DNA of 24,000 nucleotides from Acidobacteriota bacterium (GCA_022340665.1 JAJDNM010000049.1:6633-30632); one strand, 5' to 3'. Positions 1 to 11,591 are shown, counted from the first letter of the stretch. Made by a program: numbers and translations. The notes: generated by a model not told the origin, from the sequence alone.

Positions 1-658
1 GACCCATCATCGGCCAGGGAACCACGAAGGGGAACATGACGAAGAAAATGCCGGTAGCTGTGTGCTCACCGAAGATGTTGCCGAAGAGCCGCAGCGCCAG
101 CGAGAGAATGCGCGCAAGGTGGGAGATGATCTCGATCGGGACCATCAGTGGCGCCAGTAATGGCAGCGGGCCGGCAAAGTGCGCGAGGTACTTGAAAAGC
201 CCGTTGTCCTTGATTCCGACGATGTTGTAGAAGAGAAACGCCGTGATCGACAGGGCGAAGGTGGTGTTCGGGTTGGCCGTCGGCGGTTGAACGAAATAGA
301 ACAGGCCGAAGATATTACCGACGAAGATGAAGACGGCCAATCCCATGATGAACGGCAGGAAGCGCTTGCCGAAACCATGGCCGACGACGTCCTCGATCAG
401 GTCTTCGAGCCCGGTGATGAGCAGCTCGGAGATCTGCTGCACCTTGCCGGGGTTTTCGATCGAGAGGCGCCGGCTGGTCGGGATGAAGATCAATCCAACC
501 AGGACCACGACCAGCATCGCCATGACGACGTGATCGGGCAGCCAGTATCCGGCCTCGTGCAGTCCCATCAGCTCCTGGTATCGTTGACTCGACTCTCCGA
601 ACAGCGCGATCAGCAGATTGTTGATGGGGTGGTAGAGAAACGAGACTGGGTGCTCCAA
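1..658 (-). CDS. atpB: F0F1 ATP synthase subunit a (partial, C-terminus beyond window edge)
   Basis: Minus-strand translation contains LEHPVSFLYHPINNLL...IENPGKVQQISELLITGLEDLIEDVVG...ALRLFGNIFGEHTATGIFFVMFPF, typical of subunit a. No ATG in frame near the N-terminus; TTG at 656-658 is preceded by GGAGGAGG-type SD. Confidence 0.93.
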   Translation of the reverse strand, partial: MEHPVSFLYHPINNLLIALFGESSQRYQELMGLHEAGYWLPDHVVMAMLVVVLVGLIFIPTSRRLSIENPGKVQQISELLITGLEDLIEDVVGHGFGKRFLPFIMGLAVFIFVGNIFGLFYFVQPPTANPNTTFALSITAFLFYNIVGIKDNGLFKYLAHFAGPLPLLAPLMVPIEIISHLARILSLALRLFGNIFGEHTATGIFFVMFPFVVPWPMMG

Positions 659-659
659 T

Positions 660-1052
660 TCATCCTCCTCCGAGCCGCATGTGGCGGAGGCCCTCGATGA
701 TGATCGCCAGGACCAGGGTCGAGAACCCGAAAGCCACTGCTACCGCATCAATTCGCGGAATCATCAGGAATGCCGCGAAAATGATGGCGAGGAGGATCAA
801 GCGACCGAGAAACCTCAGAACCGTCCATCGATCGAGCCGAGGTTTTCCAGGCTGAACCACCCGGTGCACGATCACCTCCAGCCAACGAAAATTGATGATA
901 GCCACCACCCCCGCCGCGGTCAAGCAAAAAGCGCCCATCCATGTGCGAAAAAGCACAAGTTCGATCACAGCGCCGAAAACCACCAGGATGGCGGTGATCC
1001 GAACGACTCTTTGAGTCGAAAACTCTCCGCTCTCAGGATGTTCCGTCGTCAT
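660..1052 (-). CDS. AtpI-like / ATP synthase subunit I family small membrane protein
   Basis: ORF 660..1154 with likely internal start MTTEHPESGEFSTQRV; several hydrophobic helices, located directly upstream of atpB. Confidence 0.65.
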   Translation of the reverse strand: MTTEHPESGEFSTQRVVRITAILVVFGAVIELVLFRTWMGAFCLTAAGVVAIINFRWLEVIVHRVVQPGKPRLDRWTVLRFLGRLILLAIIFAAFLMIPRIDAVAVAFGFSTLVLAIIIEGLRHMRLGGG

Positions 1053-1323
1053 CGGAACTTGCCGCTTCTTCGGCCGCCTCGAGCGCCTCGATCTGCTTCT
1101 CGGAGCGTCCAGCCTGAGCGGTGATGCGAAACAGGTTGACAAAACCGGCTGCAATACCGAAAAGTGTGAAAATGATCGTCAGCCAGGGATAGATGTCGAG
1201 GTGTTTGTCGAGCCAGCGTCCGAAGAAATAGCCGAGGGCGATGGCTACCGGAAACTGTATGCCGACGATCGATACATCGAGCCAGACGCGCGCCCTGCGG
1301 AGCTTTTTCTTGCCTCGTACCAC
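1033..1323 (-). CDS. AtpZ/AtpI-family F0F1-ATPase accessory protein
   Basis: 96 aa; VSIVGIQFPVAIALGYFFGRWLDKHLDIYPWLTIIFTLFGIAAGFVNLFR matches the two-helix AtpZ/putative F0F1-ATPase subunit family pattern; position upstream of AtpI-like and atpB. Confidence 0.75.
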   Translation of the reverse strand: MVRGKKKLRRARVWLDVSIVGIQFPVAIALGYFFGRWLDKHLDIYPWLTIIFTLFGIAAGFVNLFRITAQAGRSEKQIEALEAAEEAASSDDDGTS

Positions 1324-1351
1324 GGGTTTCGCCCCCTCTCCGCTCGAGTTG

Positions 1352-2815
1352 TCACATCACGCCGAGTGCACTCACGGCATTCCGAGCCCAGCCGACAACC
1401 GGCATCGGGTAGACACCGATCGCCAGGGTGACGATGACGCAGGCCACGATCACCAACTCCGTCCAACGATCGCGCAGGAACTCGGCCGGATCCTCACCCT
1501 CCCCGTCACCATCTCGCAGGTACATCTGCACGACGATTCGGAAGTAATAGTAGAGGCTGACCGCCGACATGATCACCGCGATGAGGGTCAGCAGGACGTA
1601 ACCGCCCTCGACCGCCGCCGCAAAGAGGTACAGCTTGCCCATGAAACCCGCTGTCGGCGGAATGCCGGCGAGCGCCAGCATGAAGATCAGCATGCCGAGA
1701 GCGGCACCCGGGTGACGTTTGGCAAGACCGGCGTAATCGCCGATCACCTCACCCGCATAGCCTTTCGACTCGAGCAGGATCACGAACCCGAAAGCCCCGA
1801 GGTTCATGAAGGTGTAGACCAGCATGTACATCAAGATCGCCCAGGCACCGGTCTCGGTGAGAGCGACAAACCCCATCAGTGCGTATCCGGCATGGGCGAT
1901 CGACGAATAGGCCAGCATCCGCTTGACGTTGTCCTGGGTCAGGGCGGCGATGTTTCCGTAGATCATGGTTGCCGCAGAAGCCAGCCACAGGACCACCCGC
2001 CAATGCTCGACACCCGGCCCGAATGCGTCGAAGAAAAGGCGCATGAACATGGCGAAGGCCGCCGCTTTCGGTGCCACCGAGATGAAGGCCGTCACCGGTG
2101 TCGGCGCTCCCTCGTAGGCATCAGGCGTCCACACGTGGAAGGGCACCGCCGCCACCTTGAAGAGCATGCCGAAGCTCACCAGAACCATGCCGAGCACCAG
2201 CATCGGGTTCGAGTTCGGCACCGCGACCAGAGACTGGCGGATGGTCTGCAGGTCGAGGGTGCCGAGGGACCCGTAGACCAGGGAGATACCGTAGAGCAGG
2301 ATCGCCGAGGATGCCGCGCCCAGCACGAAGTACTTGACCGCTCCTTCGTTCGACTTGATCTCCAGCTTGAAGTAGCCGACCAGGACGTAGACCGAAAGCG
2401 CCATCAGTTCGAGCCCGACATAGAGACTGGCGAGACTGGCGCCGGACGACATCACGAACATGCCGACGGTGGCAAAGAGAATGAGCGATACGAACTCGCC
2501 TCCGCCGTAGCCGAAACGCTCGAGGAATCCTGCAGCCATGAATATCGCCATGATCCCGGCCACCAGCACCAGCAGCTTGAAGAAGACCGCGAATTGGTCG
2601 ATCACCAGCATGTCGCCGAGGATGGCCACCGGACCCTCGACCGGCCGCCCCACCAGCCACACCAGAACGCCAGTCACCGCAAGCGAGCCGACACCGACCA
2701 GCGAGAGCGGACGGACCCCTCCCCTCCCGAGCGGGATGCCGAGCAGGAGGACGACAAACCCGGCCGTCGCAAGGAAGATCTCGGGCAGAAACGGAACGAA
2801 CTGCTCGAGGGTCAT
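1352..2815 (-). CDS. nuoN: NADH-quinone oxidoreductase subunit N
   Basis: 487 aa proton-translocating antiporter-like protein (FKVAAVPFHVWTPDAYEGAPTPVTAFISVAPKAAAFA...); last nuo gene in order. Confidence 0.95.
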   Translation of the reverse strand: MTLEQFVPFLPEIFLATAGFVVLLLGIPLGRGGVRPLSLVGVGSLAVTGVLVWLVGRPVEGPVAILGDMLVIDQFAVFFKLLVLVAGIMAIFMAAGFLERFGYGGGEFVSLILFATVGMFVMSSGASLASLYVGLELMALSVYVLVGYFKLEIKSNEGAVKYFVLGAASSAILLYGISLVYGSLGTLDLQTIRQSLVAVPNSNPMLVLGMVLVSFGMLFKVAAVPFHVWTPDAYEGAPTPVTAFISVAPKAAAFAMFMRLFFDAFGPGVEHWRVVLWLASAATMIYGNIAALTQDNVKRMLAYSSIAHAGYALMGFVALTETGAWAILMYMLVYTFMNLGAFGFVILLESKGYAGEVIGDYAGLAKRHPGAALGMLIFMLALAGIPPTAGFMGKLYLFAAAVEGGYVLLTLIAVIMSAVSLYYYFRIVVQMYLRDGDGEGEDPAEFLRDRWTELVIVACVIVTLAIGVYPMPVVGWARNAVSALGVM

Positions 2816-2818
2816 CGG

Positions 2819-4438
2819 CTACTCCCCGTGCTCCTCTGCCGCTTCGTCAGTCAGATCGTGTGCCAGAGCTGCCACGTGGTCGCCGGCCGTGCCCATCTCC
2901 TCCGGCAACGCCGCCTCGACGCGCTCGAGCACTCGATCGACCGTCGGCGCCATTCGATCGAAGAACGGTTTGGGATAGAGGCCGATCCAGAAGGCGATGA
3001 CGATCAGTGGGATAAGGGTCCACTGCTCGCGGCGGTTGAGGTCGGAAAGGTCCTTGTTCTTCTCGTTCGACAGCTCGCCGAAGAAGACCCTCTGATAGAG
3101 CCACAGCATGTAGGCCGCACCGAGGACGATGCCCGAAGCGGCGAAGAGAGCCCACACCCAGGAGTGGTTGTAGGCTCCGATCAGGATGGTGAACTCGCCG
3201 ATGAAGCCGTTCAGGGTGGGCAGTCCGATGGACGACAGCGTAATGATGAGGAAGAAGGTCGCATATAACGGCATGACCTTCGCCAGACCACCGTACTCGG
3301 CGATCATCCTGTTGTGGCGCCGTTCGTACACGATGCCGACGAGAAGGAAGAGCGCGCCAGTCGACACGCCGTGGTTCAGCATTTGCAGGATCGAGCCGCG
3401 CAGGCCGGGCTCGTTGAGGGCAAACATGCCCAGCATCACGAAGCCCATGTGGCTGACCGAGGAGTAGGCTACCAGCTTCTTCATGTCCTTCTGGGCCATC
3501 GCCACGAGCGCGCCGTAGACGATGGCGATGATCGACAGCACGCCGATCCAACCAACCGCCTTTACCGTGGCGTCAGGCAGCAGTGGCAAGGAGAAGCGAA
3601 CGAAACCGTAGGTCCCCATCTTCAGGAGAACGGCTGCCAGGATGACCGAACCGGCGGTCGGCGCCTCCACGTGCGCGTCCGGCAACCAGGTGTGGAACGG
3701 GAACATCGGCACCTTGATGGCGAAACCGACGAAGAACGCGAGGAAGACCCAGAACTGGACTCCGGTCGGGATCATCGGCGCGATGGTGTAGAGATGCGGG
3801 ATCGAGAAGGTCGCCGCATTGCCGAGGCCGTCGAGGCCGATCGCCGCCAGACCGCTCGAGTTATAGAAATACAGGGTCAGGATGCCGACCAGCATCAGCA
3901 CCGAACCGACCAGGGTGTAGAGGAAGAACTTGATCGCCGCGTACAGCCTGCGCGGTCCACCCCAGACGCCGATCAGGAAGTACATGGGGACGAGCATGAC
4001 CTCCCAGAAGACGTAGAAGAGGATGAAATCGAGCGAGCAGAAGACACCGAGCATGCCCGTCTGGAGCAGGAGAAGAAAGATGTAGTACTCCTTCTCGCGC
4101 TCAGTGATGGCGGTGTACGAGCAGTAGACCGCGATGAAACCGAGCAGGGTGGTGAGCAGTATCAAAAGGACCGCGAAGCCGTCCACACCGAAGAGATACT
4201 GGACGCCGACCGACGGGATCCACTCCAACCGGGTCGCGAACTGGAACTCCGCGCCGTCAGGTCTGTAGAGAAACCACAGCGGGATCGAGATCACGAAGTC
4301 GACGCCCGCCACGAGCGTCGCCCAGGTCTTGATCGCGCTCGAGTTCTCCTTGTTGACGAACGCCATCATCAGCAGCGCGCCCGCCAGCGGCAGGTAGCAA
4401 ATCAGGTTGAGAAGCCAGCCGTATTGAAAGTCCATCAT
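2819..4438 (-). CDS. nuoM: NADH-quinone oxidoreductase subunit M
   Basis: 539 aa; KVPMFPFHTWLPDAHVEAPTAGSVILAAVLLKMGTYGFVRF, NuoM hallmark. Confidence 0.97.
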   Translation of the reverse strand: MMDFQYGWLLNLICYLPLAGALLMMAFVNKENSSAIKTWATLVAGVDFVISIPLWFLYRPDGAEFQFATRLEWIPSVGVQYLFGVDGFAVLLILLTTLLGFIAVYCSYTAITEREKEYYIFLLLLQTGMLGVFCSLDFILFYVFWEVMLVPMYFLIGVWGGPRRLYAAIKFFLYTLVGSVLMLVGILTLYFYNSSGLAAIGLDGLGNAATFSIPHLYTIAPMIPTGVQFWVFLAFFVGFAIKVPMFPFHTWLPDAHVEAPTAGSVILAAVLLKMGTYGFVRFSLPLLPDATVKAVGWIGVLSIIAIVYGALVAMAQKDMKKLVAYSSVSHMGFVMLGMFALNEPGLRGSILQMLNHGVSTGALFLLVGIVYERRHNRMIAEYGGLAKVMPLYATFFLIITLSSIGLPTLNGFIGEFTILIGAYNHSWVWALFAASGIVLGAAYMLWLYQRVFFGELSNEKNKDLSDLNRREQWTLIPLIVIAFWIGLYPKPFFDRMAPTVDRVLERVEAALPEEMGTAGDHVAALAHDLTDEAAEEHGE

Positions 4439-4444
4439 CGTCCC

Positions 4445-6556
<2,112 letters not shown>

Positions 6557-6559
6557 CCC

Positions 6560-6862
6560 CTAGCCCCCCATCTCGTCGGCCTTCTCGAGTGCCACCGTGT
6601 CCTTCAATCGAACCAGGGCGATGATCAGGCCGAGCCCGATGGCGGCTTCGGCCGCCGCTACTGTGATCACGAAGATCGCCAGCACCTGGCCGCCGAGATC
6701 ACCGAGCCGGAATGAAAAAGCGATCAGGTTGAGGTTGACCGCGTTGAACATCAGCTCGAGGGACATCAATACGGTGATGAAGTTACGCCGCACCATGACA
6801 CCGACGATGCCGATGCACATCAGGATGAGCGAGAGGGCGACGTAGTGGGTCGCGGAAATCAC
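6560..6862 (-). CDS. nuoK: NADH-quinone oxidoreductase subunit K
   Basis: 100 aa; GIVGVMVRRNFITVLMSLELMFNAVNLNLIAFS ... VITVAAAEAAIGLGLIIAL. Confidence 0.96.
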   Translation of the reverse strand: MISATHYVALSLILMCIGIVGVMVRRNFITVLMSLELMFNAVNLNLIAFSFRLGDLGGQVLAIFVITVAAAEAAIGLGLIIALVRLKDTVALEKADEMGG

Positions 6863-7431
6863 GGCTCCACCTCCTCTCCCTTACTGATCAGTGCTACATC
6901 ACGCCGACCGAAGACGATGGCGCCGATCATCGCCACCAGCAGCACCACCGACACCACCTCGAAGGGCACGAGGTACTTCGTGAAGAGGATCCATCCGACG
7001 GCCTCCGTGTTGCCGACCTCCTGACCCTCGATGGCCGTCATCGCGGCAGCACCACCGTCGCCTGCGGCCATCGACCCAAGGAGAATGCCGACCGCGATGA
7101 GACATCCCAGAACGACGCCGCCGAGAATCGCCAGCGGCGCGGCCCCCGAGAGGAATACCGTTCCCGGACCGAGATCGGTCAGCCTCACCAGCATGATGAC
7201 GAAGAGATACAGGACCATGATGCCGCCGGCGTATACCAGCACCTGCACCGCGGCCAGGAACTCGGCGCGGCTCATGATGAAGAGCACGGCCACCATGAAG
7301 AAGGTGAGGAGCAGGGACACGGCGGAGTGCACCGGGTTGCGGAGAATGACGACGCCGATTGCCGCAGCCACCGTGATGACCGCAATCACGTAGAACAGGA
7401 TGGCGCCGAAGTTCGCTACCAGATAATCCAT
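6859..7431 (-). CDS. nuoJ: NADH-quinone oxidoreductase subunit J
   Basis: Within ORF 6859..7665 the real start is MDYLVANFGAILFY at 7431 (ATG 7429-7431); AAIGVVILRNPVHSAVSLLLTFFMVAVLFIMSRAEFLAAVQVLVYAGGIMVLYLFVIML is NuoJ-like. Stop overlaps the nuoK start. Confidence 0.95.
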   Translation of the reverse strand: MDYLVANFGAILFYVIAVITVAAAIGVVILRNPVHSAVSLLLTFFMVAVLFIMSRAEFLAAVQVLVYAGGIMVLYLFVIMLVRLTDLGPGTVFLSGAAPLAILGGVVLGCLIAVGILLGSMAAGDGGAAAMTAIEGQEVGNTEAVGWILFTKYLVPFEVVSVVLLVAMIGAIVFGRRDVALISKGEEVEP

Positions 7432-8000
7432 CAGGCCGCTCCTTCGCCGGTCGTCCCGTCGTCGTCCGCCGAGGCCTTCGTCAGGGCCTTCATCGGCGAC
7501 GACGGGTCCTGGCCATCGATCGGCAGCACGACTCCCGGGAAGGCCTTCAGTCCGTCCCAGTTGGCGAGTCGCTCTTTGGTGTAGTAGAGGCGTTCGTTGC
7601 GCTCGTAGACGGTGCCCTCGTAACTCTTCGTGGTCAGCCAGATCGCCTTGGGCTCCGTCGGGCACGCCTCTTCACAGAGGCCGCAGAACATGCACCTCTT
7701 GACGTCGATGTCGTACCGGTCGATGATCTTTTTCTTTTTCTTCTTTTCGCCGACCATCTCGACCTCGGTGTGGTCGGTGATGAAGATGATGTCAATCGGG
7801 CAGGCCTTGGCACAGAGGTGGCAATCGATGCAGCGCTCCATGTCATAGCCGAACATGCCGCGAAAGCGGTCCTTCGGCTCCATCTTCTTTTCCGGATACT
7901 GGATGGTCTCTTTCTTCCGGAAGAGATAGCCGCCGGTCACCCCCATCCCGCCGAAGAGGTCGGTCGGAATCAGCTTTTGCACGAAATCACCAAAAGTCAT
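7431..8000 (-). CDS. nuoI: NADH-quinone oxidoreductase subunit I (2x[4Fe-4S])
   Basis: 189 aa with CIDCHLCAKACP and CMFCGLCEEACP ferredoxin motifs; position between nuoH and nuoJ. Confidence 0.96.
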   Translation of the reverse strand: MTFGDFVQKLIPTDLFGGMGVTGGYLFRKKETIQYPEKKMEPKDRFRGMFGYDMERCIDCHLCAKACPIDIIFITDHTEVEMVGEKKKKKKIIDRYDIDVKRCMFCGLCEEACPTEPKAIWLTTKSYEGTVYERNERLYYTKERLANWDGLKAFPGVVLPIDGQDPSSPMKALTKASADDDGTTGEGAA

Positions 8001-8004
8001 GAAC

Positions 8005-9054
8005 TCAACCCTTCAGGAGCAGAACACCGAGCGCGATCACGGCGATGTTGGCCAGGGACAACGGCAGCAGCCACTTCCAACCGACCTGCATCAGCTGGTC
8101 GAAGCGGTATCGCGGGAAGGTGCCGCGGAACCAGATGTAGACGAAGATGAAGGCCAGCACCTTGCCGGCGAACCAGAGGACCGGCGGGATCACGTCGAGG
8201 AAGGCGAGGAACTCGACGTTCGGGAAGGGCCGCAGCCAGCCTCCGAAGAAGAGGATCACCGCCAGCGACGACACCACCATCATGTTGATGTACTCGGCGA
8301 GATAGAACATCGCGAACTTCATTCCGGAGTACTCGGTATGGAAGCCGGCCACCAGCTCCGCCTCGGCCTCGGGCAGGTCGAAGGGGTTGCGGTTGTTCTC
8401 GGCCACACCGCAGATGAAGTAGATGCCAAACCCGAGGATGCCGGGAATGAAGAACCAGAGTCCGGCATCGCGCTGCGCCTCGACAATCCCGACCAGCGAC
8501 AGGGTGCTGGCCATCAGCAGCACCGACACCACCGCGAAACCGAGCGGCACCTCGTAGGAGACCAACTGTGCGGCAGATCGGAGTCCGCCCATCAATGAGA
8601 ACTTGTTGTTGGACGCCCAGCCACCAAGGATGATGCCGTAGATGCCGACCGAGGACACCGCGAGCACGAAGAGAATCGCGATGTTGATGTCGGCCAGGAA
8701 AGGTGTGATCTCGACCCCGGAAACCGTGAAGGTTTCGCCCCAGGGGATCACCGCCCAGACCAGGATCGCGGGCGCAAATATCAGCGCTGGTGCGAGCATG
8801 AAGACGAAGCGCTCGGCGCGGCCCGGCACCAGGTCCTCCTTGACCAGCAGCTTGAGCCCGTCGGCGATCGGCTGCAGCCAGCCCCGGGGGCCGACCCGGT
8901 TGGGACCGATACGGACCTGCATGTAGGCGAGGATCTTGCGCTCGGCGAATGTCAGATAGGCCATCACAAGCAGCAGCACGGCGAGGATTACGACGCCTTT
9001 GATCAGGGGCAGACCGACGTAGGTCATGAGAGGGGAGGTCAAGAACTCATTCAT
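8005..9054 (-). CDS. nuoH: NADH-quinone oxidoreductase subunit H
   Basis: 349 aa; AYLTFAERKILAYMQVRIGPNRVGPRGWLQPIADGLKLLVKED ... RNPFDLPEAEAELVAGFHTEYSGMKFAMF. Confidence 0.98.
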   Translation of the reverse strand: MNEFLTSPLMTYVGLPLIKGVVILAVLLLVMAYLTFAERKILAYMQVRIGPNRVGPRGWLQPIADGLKLLVKEDLVPGRAERFVFMLAPALIFAPAILVWAVIPWGETFTVSGVEITPFLADINIAILFVLAVSSVGIYGIILGGWASNNKFSLMGGLRSAAQLVSYEVPLGFAVVSVLLMASTLSLVGIVEAQRDAGLWFFIPGILGFGIYFICGVAENNRNPFDLPEAEAELVAGFHTEYSGMKFAMFYLAEYINMMVVSSLAVILFFGGWLRPFPNVEFLAFLDVIPPVLWFAGKVLAFIFVYIWFRGTFPRYRFDQLMQVGWKWLLPLSLANIAVIALGVLLLKG

Positions 9055-9080
9055 ACCGAACTCCCCGCAATAGACGAATA

Positions 9081-9179
9081 AATTAGGAAGTAGGAAGTAG
9101 GAATTAGGAATTGGGGCTTGGAGGCGAGACTGGTACCGGTGACGTCATTCCTCATTCCTAACTCCTCAATCCTCATTCT
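9081..9179. repeat. TAGGAAG/TAGGAAT repeat with inverted counterpart in the nuoD-nuoH spacer
   Basis: Left arm AATTAGGAAGTAGGAAGTAGGAATTAGGAATT (9081-9112); right arm CATTCCTCATTCCTAACTCCTCAATCCTCATTCTG (9146-9180). Confidence 0.85.
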
Positions 9180-9184
9180 GGCTC

Positions 9185-10309
9185 TCATCTGTCGATCTCC
9201 CCGAGCACGATGTCGAGTGTTCCAATGACGGCCACCAGGTCGGCGACCAGGTGGCCTTCGACCATCATTGGCAAGGCCTGAAGGTTGATGAACGACGGCG
9301 GCCGGACATGACACCGGTAGGGAGCGGTGCCCTTTTCGCCGGCGACGATGAAGTAACCGAGCTCGCCCTTCGGTGCTTCGACCGCGCCGTAGACCATCCC
9401 CGCCTCCTTGACCCGCAGGATCTTGGGCACTCTCGCCATGTGCGGTCCGTCCGGCAGCCGATCGAGGCACTGGCGAATGATCCGCACCGACTGCCGCATC
9501 TCCTCCATTCGCACGAGGTACCGGTCGTAGGTGTCACCCTTGTTGCCGATCGGGATCTCGAAATCGATCTCGTCATAGCGGTCGTAGGGGAAGATCTTCC
9601 GGATATCCCACTTCACGCCGGACCCGCGCAACGGCGGTCCGGTGAGGCCCCACTCGATCGCTTCCTCGGCGGTGACGACGCCAATATCGATGGTGCGTTT
9701 CTTCCAGATACGGTTTTCGGTCAGCAGGTTCTCGTACTCGTCGATGTGGGCGTTGAAGCCGTCGACCAGCTCCGAACACCGGTCGACCCAGCCGTCCGGC
9801 AGCTCGAAAGGCACACCGCCGATCTTCATGCAGTTGAGCGTCAGGCGGGCGCCGCAGTACTCCTCGAAGAGGTCGAGGATCGCATCACGCTCGCGGAACG
9901 TATAAAAGAACGGTGTGATCGCGCCGATATCGATCGCGTGGGTCGCGAGCCACACCAGGTGCGACGCCAACCGCTGCAGCTCGGCGAGAATCATCCGGAT
10001 GTACGCGGCACGGGGCGAGATCGTGATCCCGAGCAGCTTCTCCATGGCGACGCAGAAACCCTGGTTGTTGGTCGCCGCCGCCACGTAATCCATCCGGTCG
10101 GTGTGCGGAATGCACTGCGGAAAGTCCATTGTCTCGAAGAGCTTCTCGGTGCCGCGGTGGAGGTAGCCGATGACCGGCTTGGCCTCCATGATCTTTTCGC
10201 CGTCGAGCTTCAGCTTGACACGGAGCACGCCGTGGGTCGCCGGGTGTTGCGGACCGAAGTTGATCTCCATTTCCTCGACATCGAAGAGCGGCTTATCGGC
10301 GGCGTTCAT
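9185..10309 (-). CDS. nuoD: NADH-quinone oxidoreductase subunit D
   Basis: 374 aa; MEINFGPQHPATHGVLRVKLKLDGE ... IGYLHRGTEKLFE ... ending GTLDIVLGEIDR. Confidence 0.98.
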   Translation of the reverse strand: MNAADKPLFDVEEMEINFGPQHPATHGVLRVKLKLDGEKIMEAKPVIGYLHRGTEKLFETMDFPQCIPHTDRMDYVAAATNNQGFCVAMEKLLGITISPRAAYIRMILAELQRLASHLVWLATHAIDIGAITPFFYTFRERDAILDLFEEYCGARLTLNCMKIGGVPFELPDGWVDRCSELVDGFNAHIDEYENLLTENRIWKKRTIDIGVVTAEEAIEWGLTGPPLRGSGVKWDIRKIFPYDRYDEIDFEIPIGNKGDTYDRYLVRMEEMRQSVRIIRQCLDRLPDGPHMARVPKILRVKEAGMVYGAVEAPKGELGYFIVAGEKGTAPYRCHVRPPSFINLQALPMMVEGHLVADLVAVIGTLDIVLGEIDR

Positions 10310-11097
10310 GCCGCACCTCCTTCCCCGTCCTCCGATTCTTCGGCCTGCGGGCCGCCGCCGGGCGGGTAGACATCGGGGTAGATCGCGGCACCGGTATCGA
10401 TGCCCTCGACCGGGAAGTCCTTGCGTAATGGATGGCCGTTGAAGCCCTCCCAGGTCAGGATTCGCTCGAGCCCTGGGTGCCCTTCGAAGACGATCCCGAA
10501 CAGGTCATATACCTCGCGTTCCATCCAGTTGGCGGTCTTCCAGACTTCGGTCACGCTGGCCACCGGCGCTTCGTCGGCAACGATCGTCTGCAGCCGCAGT
10601 CGCTTCGAATCGTCGAACCGGTGCATCCAGTAGATGACGTCGAATCGCCCCTCCTCGCGCTCCGGCCAGTCGACCGCAGTGAGATCGACGAGGAACCTGT
10701 AGCCGCGCTCGCGCTTGAAAAAGCTGCAGATCTCGACGATGCGATCCGCCGGCACCGACATGGTCACCTCGCCGGCATACCGATCAGCCGCCAGGACCAC
10801 GCCCGGCATCTCCCCACCAAGCGCAACCGCATCCGGATCGTCGGACGCATCCTCGTGTGCCGGCGGCACCGGCTTCTCCTCCCAAGGATCCTTGGGTTCC
10901 GCCTCTTCGGCCTCCTTCTTCTTGGCAGCCGCCTTGGCCTTGGCCTCGGCGATCTTGGCGGCCTTCTCTTCATCGGAGAGAGGCTTCTTCTCCTTCACCG
11001 GTTTCTCCGGCGCGTCGGCGGCGGGAGTCTCAGGGGCCTTTTCCTCGGCGGGCGGTTTTTCTTCGGGTGGCGTGGTGGGCTTGTCGTCACTCATCAT
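10306..11097 (-). CDS. nuoC: NADH-quinone oxidoreductase subunit C with low-complexity N-terminal extension
   Basis: Start MMSDDKPTTPPEEK; C-terminal part FLVDLTAVDWPEREEGRFDVIYWMHRFDDSKRLRL...WMEREVYDLFGIVFEGHPGLERILTWEGFNGHPLRKDFPV is NuoC. Overlaps nuoD start by 4 nt. Confidence 0.95.
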   Translation of the reverse strand: MMSDDKPTTPPEEKPPAEEKAPETPAADAPEKPVKEKKPLSDEEKAAKIAEAKAKAAAKKKEAEEAEPKDPWEEKPVPPAHEDASDDPDAVALGGEMPGVVLAADRYAGEVTMSVPADRIVEICSFFKRERGYRFLVDLTAVDWPEREEGRFDVIYWMHRFDDSKRLRLQTIVADEAPVASVTEVWKTANWMEREVYDLFGIVFEGHPGLERILTWEGFNGHPLRKDFPVEGIDTGAAIYPDVYPPGGGPQAEESEDGEGGAA

Positions 11098-11102
11098 CCA
11101 CC

Positions 11103-11591
11103 TCAGGAGGCCCGTGTGCGGGCGATGGTCTCGCGGTCGATCTTGCGCTGCAGCTGCATGAGACCGTAGAGGAGTGCCTCCGGCCGCGGCGGACACCCGG
11201 GAACGAAAACGTCGACCGGAACGATGCGGTCGACGCCCTGGGTCACCGCGTACGTCTTGTACGGCCCGCCGCAGGTCGCGCAGGAGCCCATCGCGAGAAC
11301 CCACTTGGGCTCGGCCATCTGGTGATACAGGCGCTTGACCATCGGCGCCATCTTCTCGGTTACCGTGCCGGCGACGATCATCATGTCCGCCTGGCGCGGC
11401 GATCCGCGGAAGACCTCGGCACCGAAGCGCGCCATGTCGTAGCGCGGGTCGAGCACCGCCATCATCTCGATGGCGCAGCACGCGAGGCCGAACTGCAACG
11501 GCCACAGAGACGAACGGCGCGCCCAGTTGAAGACGGCGTCATAGGTCGTGGTGATGATGTTCTTGTCGAATCGGTCTTCGATCAGGCCCAT
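11103..11591 (-). CDS. nuoB: NADH-quinone oxidoreductase subunit B
   Basis: Internal start [11 protein letters not shown]; [36 protein letters not shown] (N2 cluster ligands). Confidence 0.97.
   Translation of the reverse strand: MGLIEDRFDKNIITTTYDAVFNWARRSSLWPLQFGLACCAIEMMAVLDPRYDMARFGAEVFRGSPRQADMMIVAGTVTEKMAPMVKRLYHQMAEPKWVLAMGSCATCGGPYKTYAVTQGVDRIVPVDVFVPGCPPRPEALLYGLMQLQRKIDRETIARTRAS

Noticed and set aside
1241-3268. 675-aa plus-strand ORF antisense to nuoN/nuoM
   Set aside because: His/Arg/Asp/Glu/Gln-rich shadow frame of high-GC coding sequence; no recognisable domain; the minus strand encodes clear NuoN/NuoM.
7735-7760. A/T-rich run in nuoI (encoding KKKKKK) as a possible frameshift or terminator site
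   Set aside because: The frame stays open across it and continues into the second ferredoxin motif; no stable hairpin seen next to it.
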